This document shows positions 1-9,000 of a stretch of 32,000 bases of DNA, piece after piece. The position numbers were made by a program, and so were the translations under genes. How positions within the stretch are numbered: the stretch's first letter is position 1; every line of letters starts with the position of its first letter. This DNA comes from Candidatus Heimdallarchaeota archaeon (lineage in GTDB: Archaea; Asgardarchaeota; Heimdallarchaeia; JABLTI01): positions 30,001 through 62,000 of the forward strand of contig JAUWKS010000002.1 of NCBI GenBank assembly GCA_030614005.1, written 5' to 3'. The notes under the pieces were generated by a model. The model had not been told where the DNA came from and made no database searches. It was given only the letters and a program-made list of their open reading frames with translations.

Positions 1-560
1 TCTAGAGTATGAATAATTGCTGCAATGTTATCAGCTATTGCTTTATTATCCATTTTAACGGTTCCTACTTTTGTAATCACAACAGGATTTTCCTTAATAC
101 GTAATCTTGATGTTCGAGTAAAACGTTCAAGAAGAGCAGGAATATCTACATTTGGTGCAATTGGTTGAGGCATCTTCCCTCGAGGAGCCAAATATTTACC
201 GAGAAATCGGGCAATCATAGGCATTAAAGAAGGTTCGGCGAGAAAGAAGTCATGCTCTCTTGCTAACTTTCTAATTTCTTTAGGAAGTTTTCCTAAAGCT
301 TCAAGTTCAGTTTTTCCTAAGACAGTCTTGACACCTGCATTGCGAGCATTCACAGCAATTTCACCTGAAGCAAAAATAGCTACTTGTGGTTTCTTGCGAA
401 TAGCATGAGGTAAGGTTGTCTGGAAATTAAAACGGTTACTAGGTACTTTAAGATCTAAATCCTTAAAGTTTACAGCAATATCAATGCTTTCAATAAACTT
501 TCGCTTTTTAGATGCTTTTTTAAGTGCAGCAACAGCTTCTGTCGTTTTGTTTATATCCAT
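1..560 (-). CDS. rpl1: 50S ribosomal protein uL1 (3' end runs off the window)
   Basis: Not in the ORF track; translated manually from ATG at 560: MDINKTTEAVAALKKASKKRKFIESIDIAVNFKDLDLK...HDFFLAEPSLMPMIARFLGKYLAPRGKMP..., with the uL1 hallmarks RKFxESID and LGKYLAPRGKMP. No stop before base 1. Confidence 0.96.
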   Translation of the reverse strand, partial: MDINKTTEAVAALKKASKKRKFIESIDIAVNFKDLDLKVPSNRFNFQTTLPHAIRKKPQVAIFASGEIAVNARNAGVKTVLGKTELEALGKLPKEIRKLAREHDFFLAEPSLMPMIARFLGKYLAPRGKMPQPIAPNVDIPALLERFTRTSRLRIKENPVVITKVGTVKMDNKAIADNIAAIIHTL

Positions 561-721
561 ATTAATCACTTACTAGTGTATTGTATTCAGCACATCAATA
601 ACGATAAAAGGTTGTTAAAGAGCACGGTGACAGTCACACGCGATTGCGATATCTCCAAACATCAACGTACTGATTAAAAAGATTGTGTTGAGTTGGGGGA
701 ATTACTTTTTATTAGTTTATT

Positions 722-1573
722 TTATGGAAGGAGTTCTAAAAGTGAGCTGAAATCCAAAATACCCTCATAATCTACTGGAAAGAATTTCCAACCTTGACCG
801 AAAATGATCTTTCCATAGTTTTCTTGAAATTCATTAATTTTTACCAAAGTTATCAACCCTTCAGGTTCATCTGTATATTCCTTCGAAAAGAAATGTAAAA
901 GAGAACGTAATTGTTTTTGTTCTAATTCCAAGGATGACTGATCATTGTCATTAAGATTGACAGTTATAGCTATTTCAGATATATTTTGGATTTTATCTTT
1001 GATCCGTTTCTTTGTATTTTTGATATCTATACTTATCCAACCTTTAGGAAGAATTGCAAGGAAATCAGTTAAAAATGAAAAAAGTGCTTTCTTTTCAAAG
1101 AAATGATTAATCAAAAATTTAGCTGTTGTTTGATAATAAACATCCTTTGCTGTTACAATTTTAAATATTTGAGAAGCTACTTCAACAATACTTTTTGGCA
1201 CTCTGTTTTTTATCTGATTAAGAAAATCTTGAGCTGAAAGAAGTTCAATATTAAAATCACTATCAGATAGGAGAAGGCTAATACGTTTCAAAGTATTTTG
1301 TGAATTTTGAAGTAAGGTTATCTGTTGAGATGAAGTAAAATAGCAAGTCAATAATAATTCAAAATCAGTTTTAGAAGTCTTATTAAAAATAATTGAATAT
1401 CTACTAAGATTTTCAGCAAGGAGAAGAAAAAGTGGTCTGTTAAGATTTATTTTAGAACTATCATTTTTTTGTACTGTGCTTCTAGTGATTTTCAATGGAA
1501 CAATTAAGGAAATTTTCTTTGAATCAGTAAGTAATATTCCATGTTTAGTTACTTTTGCAGTATTGAGAGACAC
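722..1573 (-). CDS. Hypothetical protein, 283 aa, alpha/beta, no recognised family
   Basis: Long ORF with GTG start and AAAGGAG RBS, 4 nt after the nob1 stop; fills the gap in a co-oriented gene run. Confidence 0.8.
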   Translation of the reverse strand: MSLNTAKVTKHGILLTDSKKISLIVPLKITRSTVQKNDSSKINLNRPLFLLLAENLSRYSIIFNKTSKTDFELLLTCYFTSSQQITLLQNSQNTLKRISLLLSDSDFNIELLSAQDFLNQIKNRVPKSIVEVASQIFKIVTAKDVYYQTTAKFLINHFFEKKALFSFLTDFLAILPKGWISIDIKNTKKRIKDKIQNISEIAITVNLNDNDQSSLELEQKQLRSLLHFFSKEYTDEPEGLITLVKINEFQENYGKIIFGQGWKFFPVDYEGILDFSSLLELLP

Positions 1574-1577
1574 GTTA

Positions 1578-2111
1578 TTAGCTCCTTTTTTTCTTTCTTT
1601 GAACTTTTTTCTTCATAGTGGAACCACATTCGAAACAAGAATTCATTTGTTTTTTACTTTTAAATCCACAACCGGTACAGACCCATGAATACACATGTAT
1701 CTGAGTTATGCCCTTCCAATATATTCCTTTGTAAGGGATGCCCATATAATTTGCTAGATTTTGGATATCATAATCATCAGTAATAATTTCTACTAAATTA
1801 TTCTTTGATTGCAATTCAAAAGCTACTGCAACAACACTCATATCACATTCTGAAAGCTCTGCAATATCCCCTGTTTCATTTGCTTGGTGGTTCACTTCAG
1901 TAAAAGCTGTTTTATCAGGGATAGTAACGATTACATCTTTCTTTACAGCAATTTCCTCTAAAAGCGCCTCTCCTCGATGCATTCCTTCGATTTCATAGGT
2001 TACACATTGTGGGAGATATTTTTTACCATGAAGATTATGACTTAATATACCATTGAAAATCGCTGAAGCATCAATAACAAATGCCTTTTCTTTCTTTTTT
2101 TCTACGGTCAT
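1578..2111 (-). CDS. nob1: NOB1-family rRNA-processing endonuclease (PIN domain + Zn ribbon)
   Basis: PIN motifs VIDASA, LSECDMSVVAVA and ITDDYDIQNLA, C-terminal CxxC...CxxC (VCTGCG...CFECGS), basic tail; GGTGAGG RBS. Confidence 0.92.
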   Translation of the reverse strand: MTVEKKKEKAFVIDASAIFNGILSHNLHGKKYLPQCVTYEIEGMHRGEALLEEIAVKKDVIVTIPDKTAFTEVNHQANETGDIAELSECDMSVVAVAFELQSKNNLVEIITDDYDIQNLANYMGIPYKGIYWKGITQIHVYSWVCTGCGFKSKKQMNSCFECGSTMKKKVQRKKKRS

Positions 2112-2129
2112 AACCTCACCTCTAGTATT

Positions 2130-2966
2130 TTAGAATCCTAATTTATCCTGTAACCTATTGAAGAATCCATGATCTGGAAACCGGAGAAATACTGTTTCTC
2201 GTTTTGCCTGAGTAACTTCTAGTTTTGAGTCATTTGGAAATTTGTTTTCTTCTTTACCATCTATTACAATTGCTACTTTTTTAGTAGAATATGAAGGGAT
2301 TGTGATGGTAACTTTAGAATCACCAGGGATAACAAAAGGTCGAATGCGCCTTGTTACGCTGTTTACAGGAACAATTTGCATTGCTTTGATTTTTGGTTCA
2401 ATAATTGAACCACCAGCTGAAAGTGCATATGCAGTAGAACCTACAGGAGTAGAAACTAGCAGACCGTCAAGTCTATGATTGCCAAGATTAAATCCATCAA
2501 CTTCAAGATTCAAATTACATATTTGGGCATTTTTCTCATTAGTAACGTAAACTTCGTTTAATGCTGAATGCAATTCGTTTCCATCTAAGAGTAACTTCAA
2601 ACGCATACAACGCTCTAGAACAAAATCACCGACCATTATTCGTTGAAGACTTTTTTCACTGTTATCTAGAGTAGCAGTTGTAAGAAAACCAAGATAACCT
2701 GCATTGATCCCAAAAATTGGTACTTCATCAGAATAACGAGCAGTCCAAAGTATAGTACCATCACCACCCAAAGCGATTACAAGATCAACAGTGTTAATTT
2801 TATCCATCGAAATTGTATTTGAATGCTTCATCACTTTTGCGAAAGTCTCATTCAGATAAACATCAACGTCATATTTTTCAAAAATGCTAACAACTTCATT
2901 AGCTAAAGTCTTGTGTTTACCTTGCGATAATCGTGAAATAACAGCTACTTTCTTTATACCATTCAT
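2130..2966 (-). CDS. nadK: NAD(+) kinase
   Basis: GGDGT motif, GINAGYLGFL, ALNE, DGLLVSTPVGSTAYALSAGG. Confidence 0.96.
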   Translation of the reverse strand: MNGIKKVAVISRLSQGKHKTLANEVVSIFEKYDVDVYLNETFAKVMKHSNTISMDKINTVDLVIALGGDGTILWTARYSDEVPIFGINAGYLGFLTTATLDNSEKSLQRIMVGDFVLERCMRLKLLLDGNELHSALNEVYVTNEKNAQICNLNLEVDGFNLGNHRLDGLLVSTPVGSTAYALSAGGSIIEPKIKAMQIVPVNSVTRRIRPFVIPGDSKVTITIPSYSTKKVAIVIDGKEENKFPNDSKLEVTQAKRETVFLRFPDHGFFNRLQDKLGF

Positions 2967-3020
2967 GGGAGGCTCTCCTATTGATCATCAGTATACATAG
3001 AAAATTACAGACAGCAAAAC

Positions 3021-3033
3021 TATTAACTTTTTC
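3021..3033 (-). promoter_or_regulatory. BRE-TATA promoter candidate for the nadK-nob1-hypothetical(-rpl1) run
   Basis: Minus strand reads GAAAAAG-TTAATA about 55 nt upstream of the nadK ATG. Confidence 0.5.
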
Positions 3034-3123
3034 TAGTCACTAATTAAAACAATTTCATTTAGTATTATTAATGGAAAATCTTTTGTATTAAATGATTAAA
3101 GTGCGATTGAAGCAAGCAACCCT

Positions 3124-3228
3124 GGGTGGGTAGTCTAGCTTGGTATGATTCTTGGTTCGGGTCAATAATAGTTTAATCTATTTTTGCGAAAAATCAAGAG
3201 TGCGGGGGTTCAAATCCCCTCCCGCCCA
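3124..3228 (+). tRNA. tRNA-Pro(CGG) with a 31-nt intron (3162-3192) at canonical position 37/38; CCA not encoded
   Basis: Acceptor GGGTGGG/CCCGCCC+A; anticodon stem CTTGG/TCAAG; loop TT-CGG-G|A; T arm GGGGG-TTCAAAT-CCCCT. Bulge-helix-bulge: TTCG:CGAA central helix, GG|T and AA|A bulges, outer helix CAATAATAG/CTATTTTTG. Confidence 0.96.
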
Positions 3229-3244
3229 CTAATAGCTTTTTTCA

Positions 3245-4063
3245 TCAATTTGAACTATATTTTTCCTCAAGTTTTGAAATTATTTCTGTAACAGAGGAGG
3301 ATATCACTTTATCATTTGTTTTTAGAATTAATGAGGCATTTTTCAGGTATTTTAGTGCTTGTTCCATTGTCCCTTCATCGTAAGCATTTAATCCCAATTG
3401 AATCAGTAAATCAGCAAATTCATCTTGACTTTCATCTGGTAATTGTAAAGAATATTTTTTACTGAATCTTCTTGCAATGACATTACTTTTCATTGCTTCT
3501 TCCAATAATCCAAGTGTTATCTCTACTTTTGCTTTATCCAAACAGATGTTAATAACAAGTTGAGGTTCTTTGCTTTTTGATGCGAGAGACATCGCATTTT
3601 CCAATATTTCTAATGCTTTATCGAGTTCAGTACCCATTTTGTATTTTATGATTGCTAGATTTTTTAATCCTCGAGCTAACCCTCTTTTATCAGGAGTATT
3701 TCTTCTGATATCGAGTGCTTTTTCTTGATAATTTTCTGCGTGTTCTAATTCACCTTGCAATATGAAAGTTATAGCAATCTTATCGTAACAATCAGCCATC
3801 CCTATTTTGTGGTTAAAGTTCTTAAATGATTGAAAGGCTCGTTTGTAATGATTTCGAGATTCAATCATTTTCCCTTTATCATAATAGAGTTCCCCTAACA
3901 TTCGTAGAAGCTCTGCTAAAATTGAATGTTCGGTTGAATTACGATAATGTCTTAATGCCAAATTGAGATCTCGTAGTGCATCATCCGAATTTCCAACCTC
4001 AAACGCCTTCTTTCCGGAGAGAAAATGTAATTCTGCTTCGTCTTCTGGTTTTACTTTTGGCAT
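3245..4063 (-). CDS. Tetratricopeptide-repeat (TPR) protein
   Basis: Repeated helical motifs such as LAELLRMLGELYYDKGK, MADCYDKIAITFILQGE and LARGLKNLAIIKYKMG, with the A..Y..A spacing typical of TPRs. Confidence 0.85.
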   Translation of the reverse strand: MPKVKPEDEAELHFLSGKKAFEVGNSDDALRDLNLALRHYRNSTEHSILAELLRMLGELYYDKGKMIESRNHYKRAFQSFKNFNHKIGMADCYDKIAITFILQGELEHAENYQEKALDIRRNTPDKRGLARGLKNLAIIKYKMGTELDKALEILENAMSLASKSKEPQLVINICLDKAKVEITLGLLEEAMKSNVIARRFSKKYSLQLPDESQDEFADLLIQLGLNAYDEGTMEQALKYLKNASLILKTNDKVISSSVTEIISKLEEKYSSN

Positions 4064-4180
4064 TGTTAAGTCACTACTAAACTTCGATAAATTATTGTTA
4101 CAATGGGAATATAATAGCTTTTGATTAAAAAATAATTCATTTTATTAATATTTTAATTTGAAGAAAGTCTTAAAATTAGG

Positions 4181-4197
4181 AAGAATGTCTCATTCTT
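4181..4197. promoter_or_regulatory. Perfect 7-3-7 palindrome just downstream of a BRE-TATA-like box; operator candidate
   Basis: AAGAATG-TCT-CATTCTT follows GAAGAAAGTCTTAAAA (4160-4175) and lies 22 nt before the GTG at 4220. Confidence 0.35.
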
Positions 4198-4219
4198 TAG
4201 TTCAATGGTGGTTTAATCA

Positions 4220-5323
4220 GTGCACAGTAACCTATCTTTCAAACGAGAGTCCTTACATTTAGACTATTTTATGGACAATAAAAATCGTATTTGTCAAGTA
4301 CTTACATGGCACCATCCCAAAGACAGAAAACTTTGCATTGTTAAATATGATCTAGGGGAAAGTCATTGGATATCTCGAGAGACTGGCTTGCGGTATAAAC
4401 GGATGTTGAAGAGTTATAGTTTGGAAGGACATCAAGATAATCTAATTAATTTCAAAGCAATAGAGCCAAATTATTTTTATCATAGTGAAGTATACGATGT
4501 TGATTTTTTGGCAGTGCCCATTAAACGAATTAAACACTATTTTTATCCTGAAGATCGTTTGAAGGAAATTATAGATGAAGAAAATAGATTGGATGATATA
4601 GAAACTAAAGTAAAGATATTGGCTGAATTATTACATGATAATTTAAAAATTCCGTTTAACAAAATGGGTATAACAGGTTCCATTGTTTGGAAAGCACAAA
4701 CGGAAAAATCAGACATTGATTTCATTGTTTATGGAAATGATTTGGCGCAAGATTTTAATGATAAATTTCCGGTAATTTATGAGATCTTTCCTGAAATCAA
4801 AGAAATGTCACCAGAAAAGAGAATGCGTTATGAAAGAAGTATGGCAAAAAAATCTGGTTTATCAATGAAATTGGCAAGCAAATATATTGCTAAGAAAAAA
4901 TGGTTATCAGTATTTGACAAGACTGATTTATCGCTTGTTTTTAGCCCATTGCCTTCCGAATTACCATTCAAATATGGTGATGAGAAATTTTCTCCAATTA
5001 TTGCTGTAGATGTAGAGTGTGAAATTACAAATAGTGATCTTGGATTTGCTTACCCTGCGATTTATCGTATTGATAATTGTCGGATCCTATCGAAATCAAC
5101 TCAAATACCTGATTTGCCTTTAGAAAGAGTACTTTCTTTCGAAGGGGCGTTAACCGGATATTTCTTGAAAGGAGAAAAAATCATCATAAGAGGATTGCTA
5201 GAAAAAGTAACAGATGGGAAAAATAATCGCTCTTTTCTCCAAATAATACTTGGAACGAAAGAATGTGTAGGTAATGAGTTCATACTCTATCCAGAAGATT
5301 ATCATTCTTTTTTGTCTAAATGA
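4220..5323 (+). CDS. Predicted archaeal nucleotidyltransferase (COG1665-like, Pol-beta superfamily)
   Basis: GITGSIVWKAQTEKSDIDFIVYG = GS...DxD motif; C-terminal OB-like region ending IIIRGLLEKV...ILGT. GGTGGT RBS before GTG; ATG at about 4270 is an alternative start. Confidence 0.8.
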   Translation: MHSNLSFKRESLHLDYFMDNKNRICQVLTWHHPKDRKLCIVKYDLGESHWISRETGLRYKRMLKSYSLEGHQDNLINFKAIEPNYFYHSEVYDVDFLAVPIKRIKHYFYPEDRLKEIIDEENRLDDIETKVKILAELLHDNLKIPFNKMGITGSIVWKAQTEKSDIDFIVYGNDLAQDFNDKFPVIYEIFPEIKEMSPEKRMRYERSMAKKSGLSMKLASKYIAKKKWLSVFDKTDLSLVFSPLPSELPFKYGDEKFSPIIAVDVECEITNSDLGFAYPAIYRIDNCRILSKSTQIPDLPLERVLSFEGALTGYFLKGEKIIIRGLLEKVTDGKNNRSFLQIILGTKECVGNEFILYPEDYHSFLSK

Positions 5324-5404
5324 TTACCTTTAATTAGAACTGCTCAATTGTTACTAAAGAAAAGTTATTATTATTGAGATTAGAATGGTAGAGCGGGATG
5401 AACT

Positions 5405-5767
5405 ATGTCTGAAAAATTAGTTACTGCAGCAACAGAATTTCGTGATAAAATACCCGAGTTAGAAGGTCTCCTAATCGGGAAATTAGATGGGACAAAGCTT
5501 TGGGCTGATACTCTTGTAGAGTTAAAACATGAGTTTATTCTCTCAAGTGCTTCAGTTGTCGTTCGAGCGATGAAAAAACTTAGTGAATCCCTTGAAAAGA
5601 AAGAAGTAAAAATAATCGATGGTGAACTTGAGGAAGGATATATTACCATTATAGTTTCCAAGAAAGCAATCTTAGTTGGTTTTTACGGGGAAGATGCGCG
5701 TTCCCAAGTAGGAATTATTAAGAAGAATTTGCGAACTTTTGCTAATCAAATTGAGAAACTCATTTAG
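5405..5767 (+). CDS. Roadblock/LC7 (MglB-like) domain protein
   Basis: 120 aa with the helix / GLLIGKLDG hairpin / helix / three strands (IIDGELEEGYITIIVSKKAILVGFY) / helix (SQVGIIKKNLR) pattern of Roadblock proteins. Confidence 0.8.
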   Translation: MSEKLVTAATEFRDKIPELEGLLIGKLDGTKLWADTLVELKHEFILSSASVVVRAMKKLSESLEKKEVKIIDGELEEGYITIIVSKKAILVGFYGEDARSQVGIIKKNLRTFANQIEKLI

Positions 5768-5793
5768 AAGGAGTTTAGATTATCAGACAATAT

Positions 5794-5844
5794 CCTTCGA
5801 TTCCCATTTTTTTCTTTTAAATGAATCAAAATGGGATATGAAGG
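5794..5844 (+). terminator. Imperfect inverted repeat with a T-run after the Roadblock gene
   Basis: CCTTCGATTCCCATTTT ... AAAATGGGATATGAAGG (17-nt arms, 3 mismatches), T-rich loop. Confidence 0.4.
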
Positions 5845-6044
5845 TAAGTTATAGATAATACAACCCTTTTTGATGAGAGGGAAACAATTTGAAGTAGAAG
5901 TCTCAAAACCATTTAAAAAGAGAAAGAATTTGCTGAGGTAAAGATAGTCTCAGTTTGAAGAATATTAATAACATTTCATGAGAGAAATAATGTCGGATGT
6001 AAACGAATGAAATGTTGTGAGGACAACAAGCAGGTGAATTACTA

Positions 6045-9000
6045 CTGGTTCATATTAAAAGATTAGTTCTTGAAAACTTCAAGAGCTATGGTCGACGCAA
6101 GGTTGTACTTCACTTAACCAAAGGACTGACAGTTATTAGTGGACCAAATGGCTGTGGAAAGTCCAATATTTCTGATGCAATACAATTTGTTATTGGCCAG
6201 CTTAGTTCAAAAACAATTCGAAGTGACAAGTTATCTGGAGTAATTTTTTCAGGGACAAGAGAAGGACAAAAAACAGCTCTAAATGCAAAAGTCACACTCG
6301 TACTCGATAATGCAGCAGAACCAAAAGAAATTCCGATAGCAACTGATGAAGTTCATATTAGTAGAAAAGTGCATCTTGATGGAAGAAGTGAATATTTTCT
6401 TAATGGTTCCAAAATTACTCGAAATGAGATTATTGATACAATTGCAATGTGTGGTATCTCAATTGACGGTTACAATGTTATTCGACAAGGTGAAATAGCT
6501 AATTTTGCAAATATGTCTCCATTACAAGTCAGAGGTCTTTTTGAAGAAATTGCTGGGATAGCCTCTTATGATGAAAAGAAGGTTAAAGCCCAGAAAAACC
6601 TCGATGATGCACGAACAAAATTACGTATTGCAACTGTAAGATTAGAAGAATCAATGAAGAATCTTGTAAGACTAGAAAAAGAAAAGGAAGATGCAGTAAG
6701 ATACCAAGAACTAAACATTCGGATTAAGAGTACAGAAGCAAAACTTGTTCATGCACGGATAAGACAATTAAAGGATAAGATAGTTGAGATTATCTCAAAA
6801 ATAGATGACTTAAAAGAAAAGAAGAAGAGTTCTGAGGAAACGATTGATCAATTAACTGTGGCAATTGGTTCATATGATAAAAGGCTCAAAGAAGCAAAAG
6901 CAAAAGTAAAAGATGCTACAACGCAGTCATTCAATACTCTTACAAGTGAAATTGAGAAATTAACAAGAAAATACTCTATTGACTTATCAAATAGAAATCA
7001 GAAAGAACGCGAGCTAGAACAACTAAAGGAAAACAAAATAACAGCAAAAGAAGAATTAGATACCATACATCTAGAGAATTCAGAGCTTACAAATAACAAT
7101 TTAACAACTAAAGAACAATTAGATGGCACTGATAGCACGCTCAAAAAAATCAAAGAGGAACTTGATCTCAAAAGACAGATGCTTGAAACATCAAAAAGCA
7201 ATGAAGTAATGAATCAATTAGAAGAAATACGCTCAACCTCTGCAGAGATGAATAAACGAAGAGCTGATATTGAATCTCAATTGGCTATTTTTAATAACAA
7301 CATTAACATTACAAAATCAAAATTAAGTGAGCGAGAAAAGAGAGTAGTGGAAGTTGCAGGTATTCTTGCTACTTTTCTAAGTCGAAAAGCAAAGTATACT
7401 ACTGAAATTAATGATTATAATGAGCTCGCGAGAAAATTAAAAGTTAAAGTGAATGAATTAAGAGTAGAGCTGGATACGGTTGAAGAAGAAATAGTGGAAA
7501 ATGAGCAAAACGTTCGAGAGAAAGCTATCAATATTAAGCAAATTCAAACAGAATTGGATACTACAAAGAAAATTATGGCAGAAATAACTAGTAGAGATAA
7601 AGGAATAAAACTTGTATTGGAAGCAAGAGATTCAGGGGATATACAAGGTATCTACGGTACTATTGGAGAAATTTGTAAAACGCATTCAAAATACTCCATC
7701 GCTTTGAATATTACAGCAGGTAATCGCACTAATCATATTGTAGTGGAAACGGATGAAGTAGCAGCACAATGTGTAATGATGGTTAAAAAAGCAAAGGCAG
7801 GTAGAGTGACCTTTTTACCCCTCAATAAATTGAAACCTTTTGTTATTAGTGCAGATATAAAAGAAAAAGGAGTAATTGGTAAAGCTATAGATTTAGTTGA
7901 GTTTAATGAGAAATATCGAAAAGCAGCAGAATTTGTTTTTGGGCAAACAGTTATTGTTAAAAATCTAGATGCTGCACGAAAAATCGGTTCCTCTTATAGA
8001 GCAGTAACTTTAGATGGGGATGTAGTTAATCCATCTGGAGCAATAACAGGTGGTTTCTATAGAGCGAGGGCAACATCAAAAATCTCGTTAATAATAGAAG
8101 AAGAAGGAAAGCTTCCAGAAATGGAAGAAGAATATGAAACCTTACAAGATGAACGAAGTAGATTGTTAGAATATCGATCTGATATTGTAAAGGAATTGAA
8201 TGAAGATCTTCAACCACAACTGAATGAAGTGATAAGAAATGGAGATTTGAGAGAACGAGACATCAATATAATCCAAGAAGAAATTGAAATAAGAAGTCAA
8301 GAAAACATTCGAATTCAAAAAGAATTGGAACACCTCTCAAAAGAGTTTGAAGATTTAGAAGTAAAAATTGATGATTTATTAAATTCTAAAAAAGATATTA
8401 CTGTTACCCTTGAAACATTATCAGATTCAGAAATGAAACTTAAAGAGGAACTTGATACTAACGGCATTCAAGATGTTCTCACTGAAATAAAGATTAAAGA
8501 AAGTCAGCAAGTTGAAATTGGTGATATAATTAATAACCTGAAGATGAAACAATTCAAAACTTCAGCTGAATTAGAAACAAATAGAAAAGCAATCGAAGAA
8601 ATTCAAAAGAGAATTGAAAGTATAGAGAAGAATGAACCTGACTTATTAAATGAAGTTACTCTCATCCAAAAAACAGTCGATGAAATTGCTGCTGAGATAA
8701 ATCAAAAGAAAGAGCAACGAGATAAATTGTTCTCTCTTATAGAAGAGAGTCAGAATGAACAGGAGAGATTGGAAGAAGAACAAGCAAACACGAGGGAACG
8801 CTTGGAAGAGGAAAGACAGGAACAAAATCAAATAATTATTTTAGTTGAAAGGTTTGTTAATGAAAAATCCAATAACGAAGGACAAATAACTGAATTAGAA
8901 CAAATTGCTGCTGAAAGAGATTTACCATATATATTTGCTGAAGATGAAGAAATTGATATTAATGTTCTGAGAGAAGTTATTACCGGATTAAAAGCAGAAC

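Noticed and set aside
722-1573. Cas6/RAMP identity for the 283-aa protein
   Set aside because: It lacks the C-terminal G-rich loop (GhGxxxxxGhG), and there is no CRISPR array or cas gene in the window.
3124-4063. TPR gene as cargo of an element integrated at tRNA-Pro
   Set aside because: I saw no duplicated tRNA 3' end (att site), integrase or compositional shift.
5870-5936. Possible C/D-box sRNA (TGATGA at 5871, CTGA at 5933)
   Set aside because: No convincing C'/D' pair at 10-12-nt guide spacing and no terminal stem; such short boxes occur by chance in AT-rich DNA.
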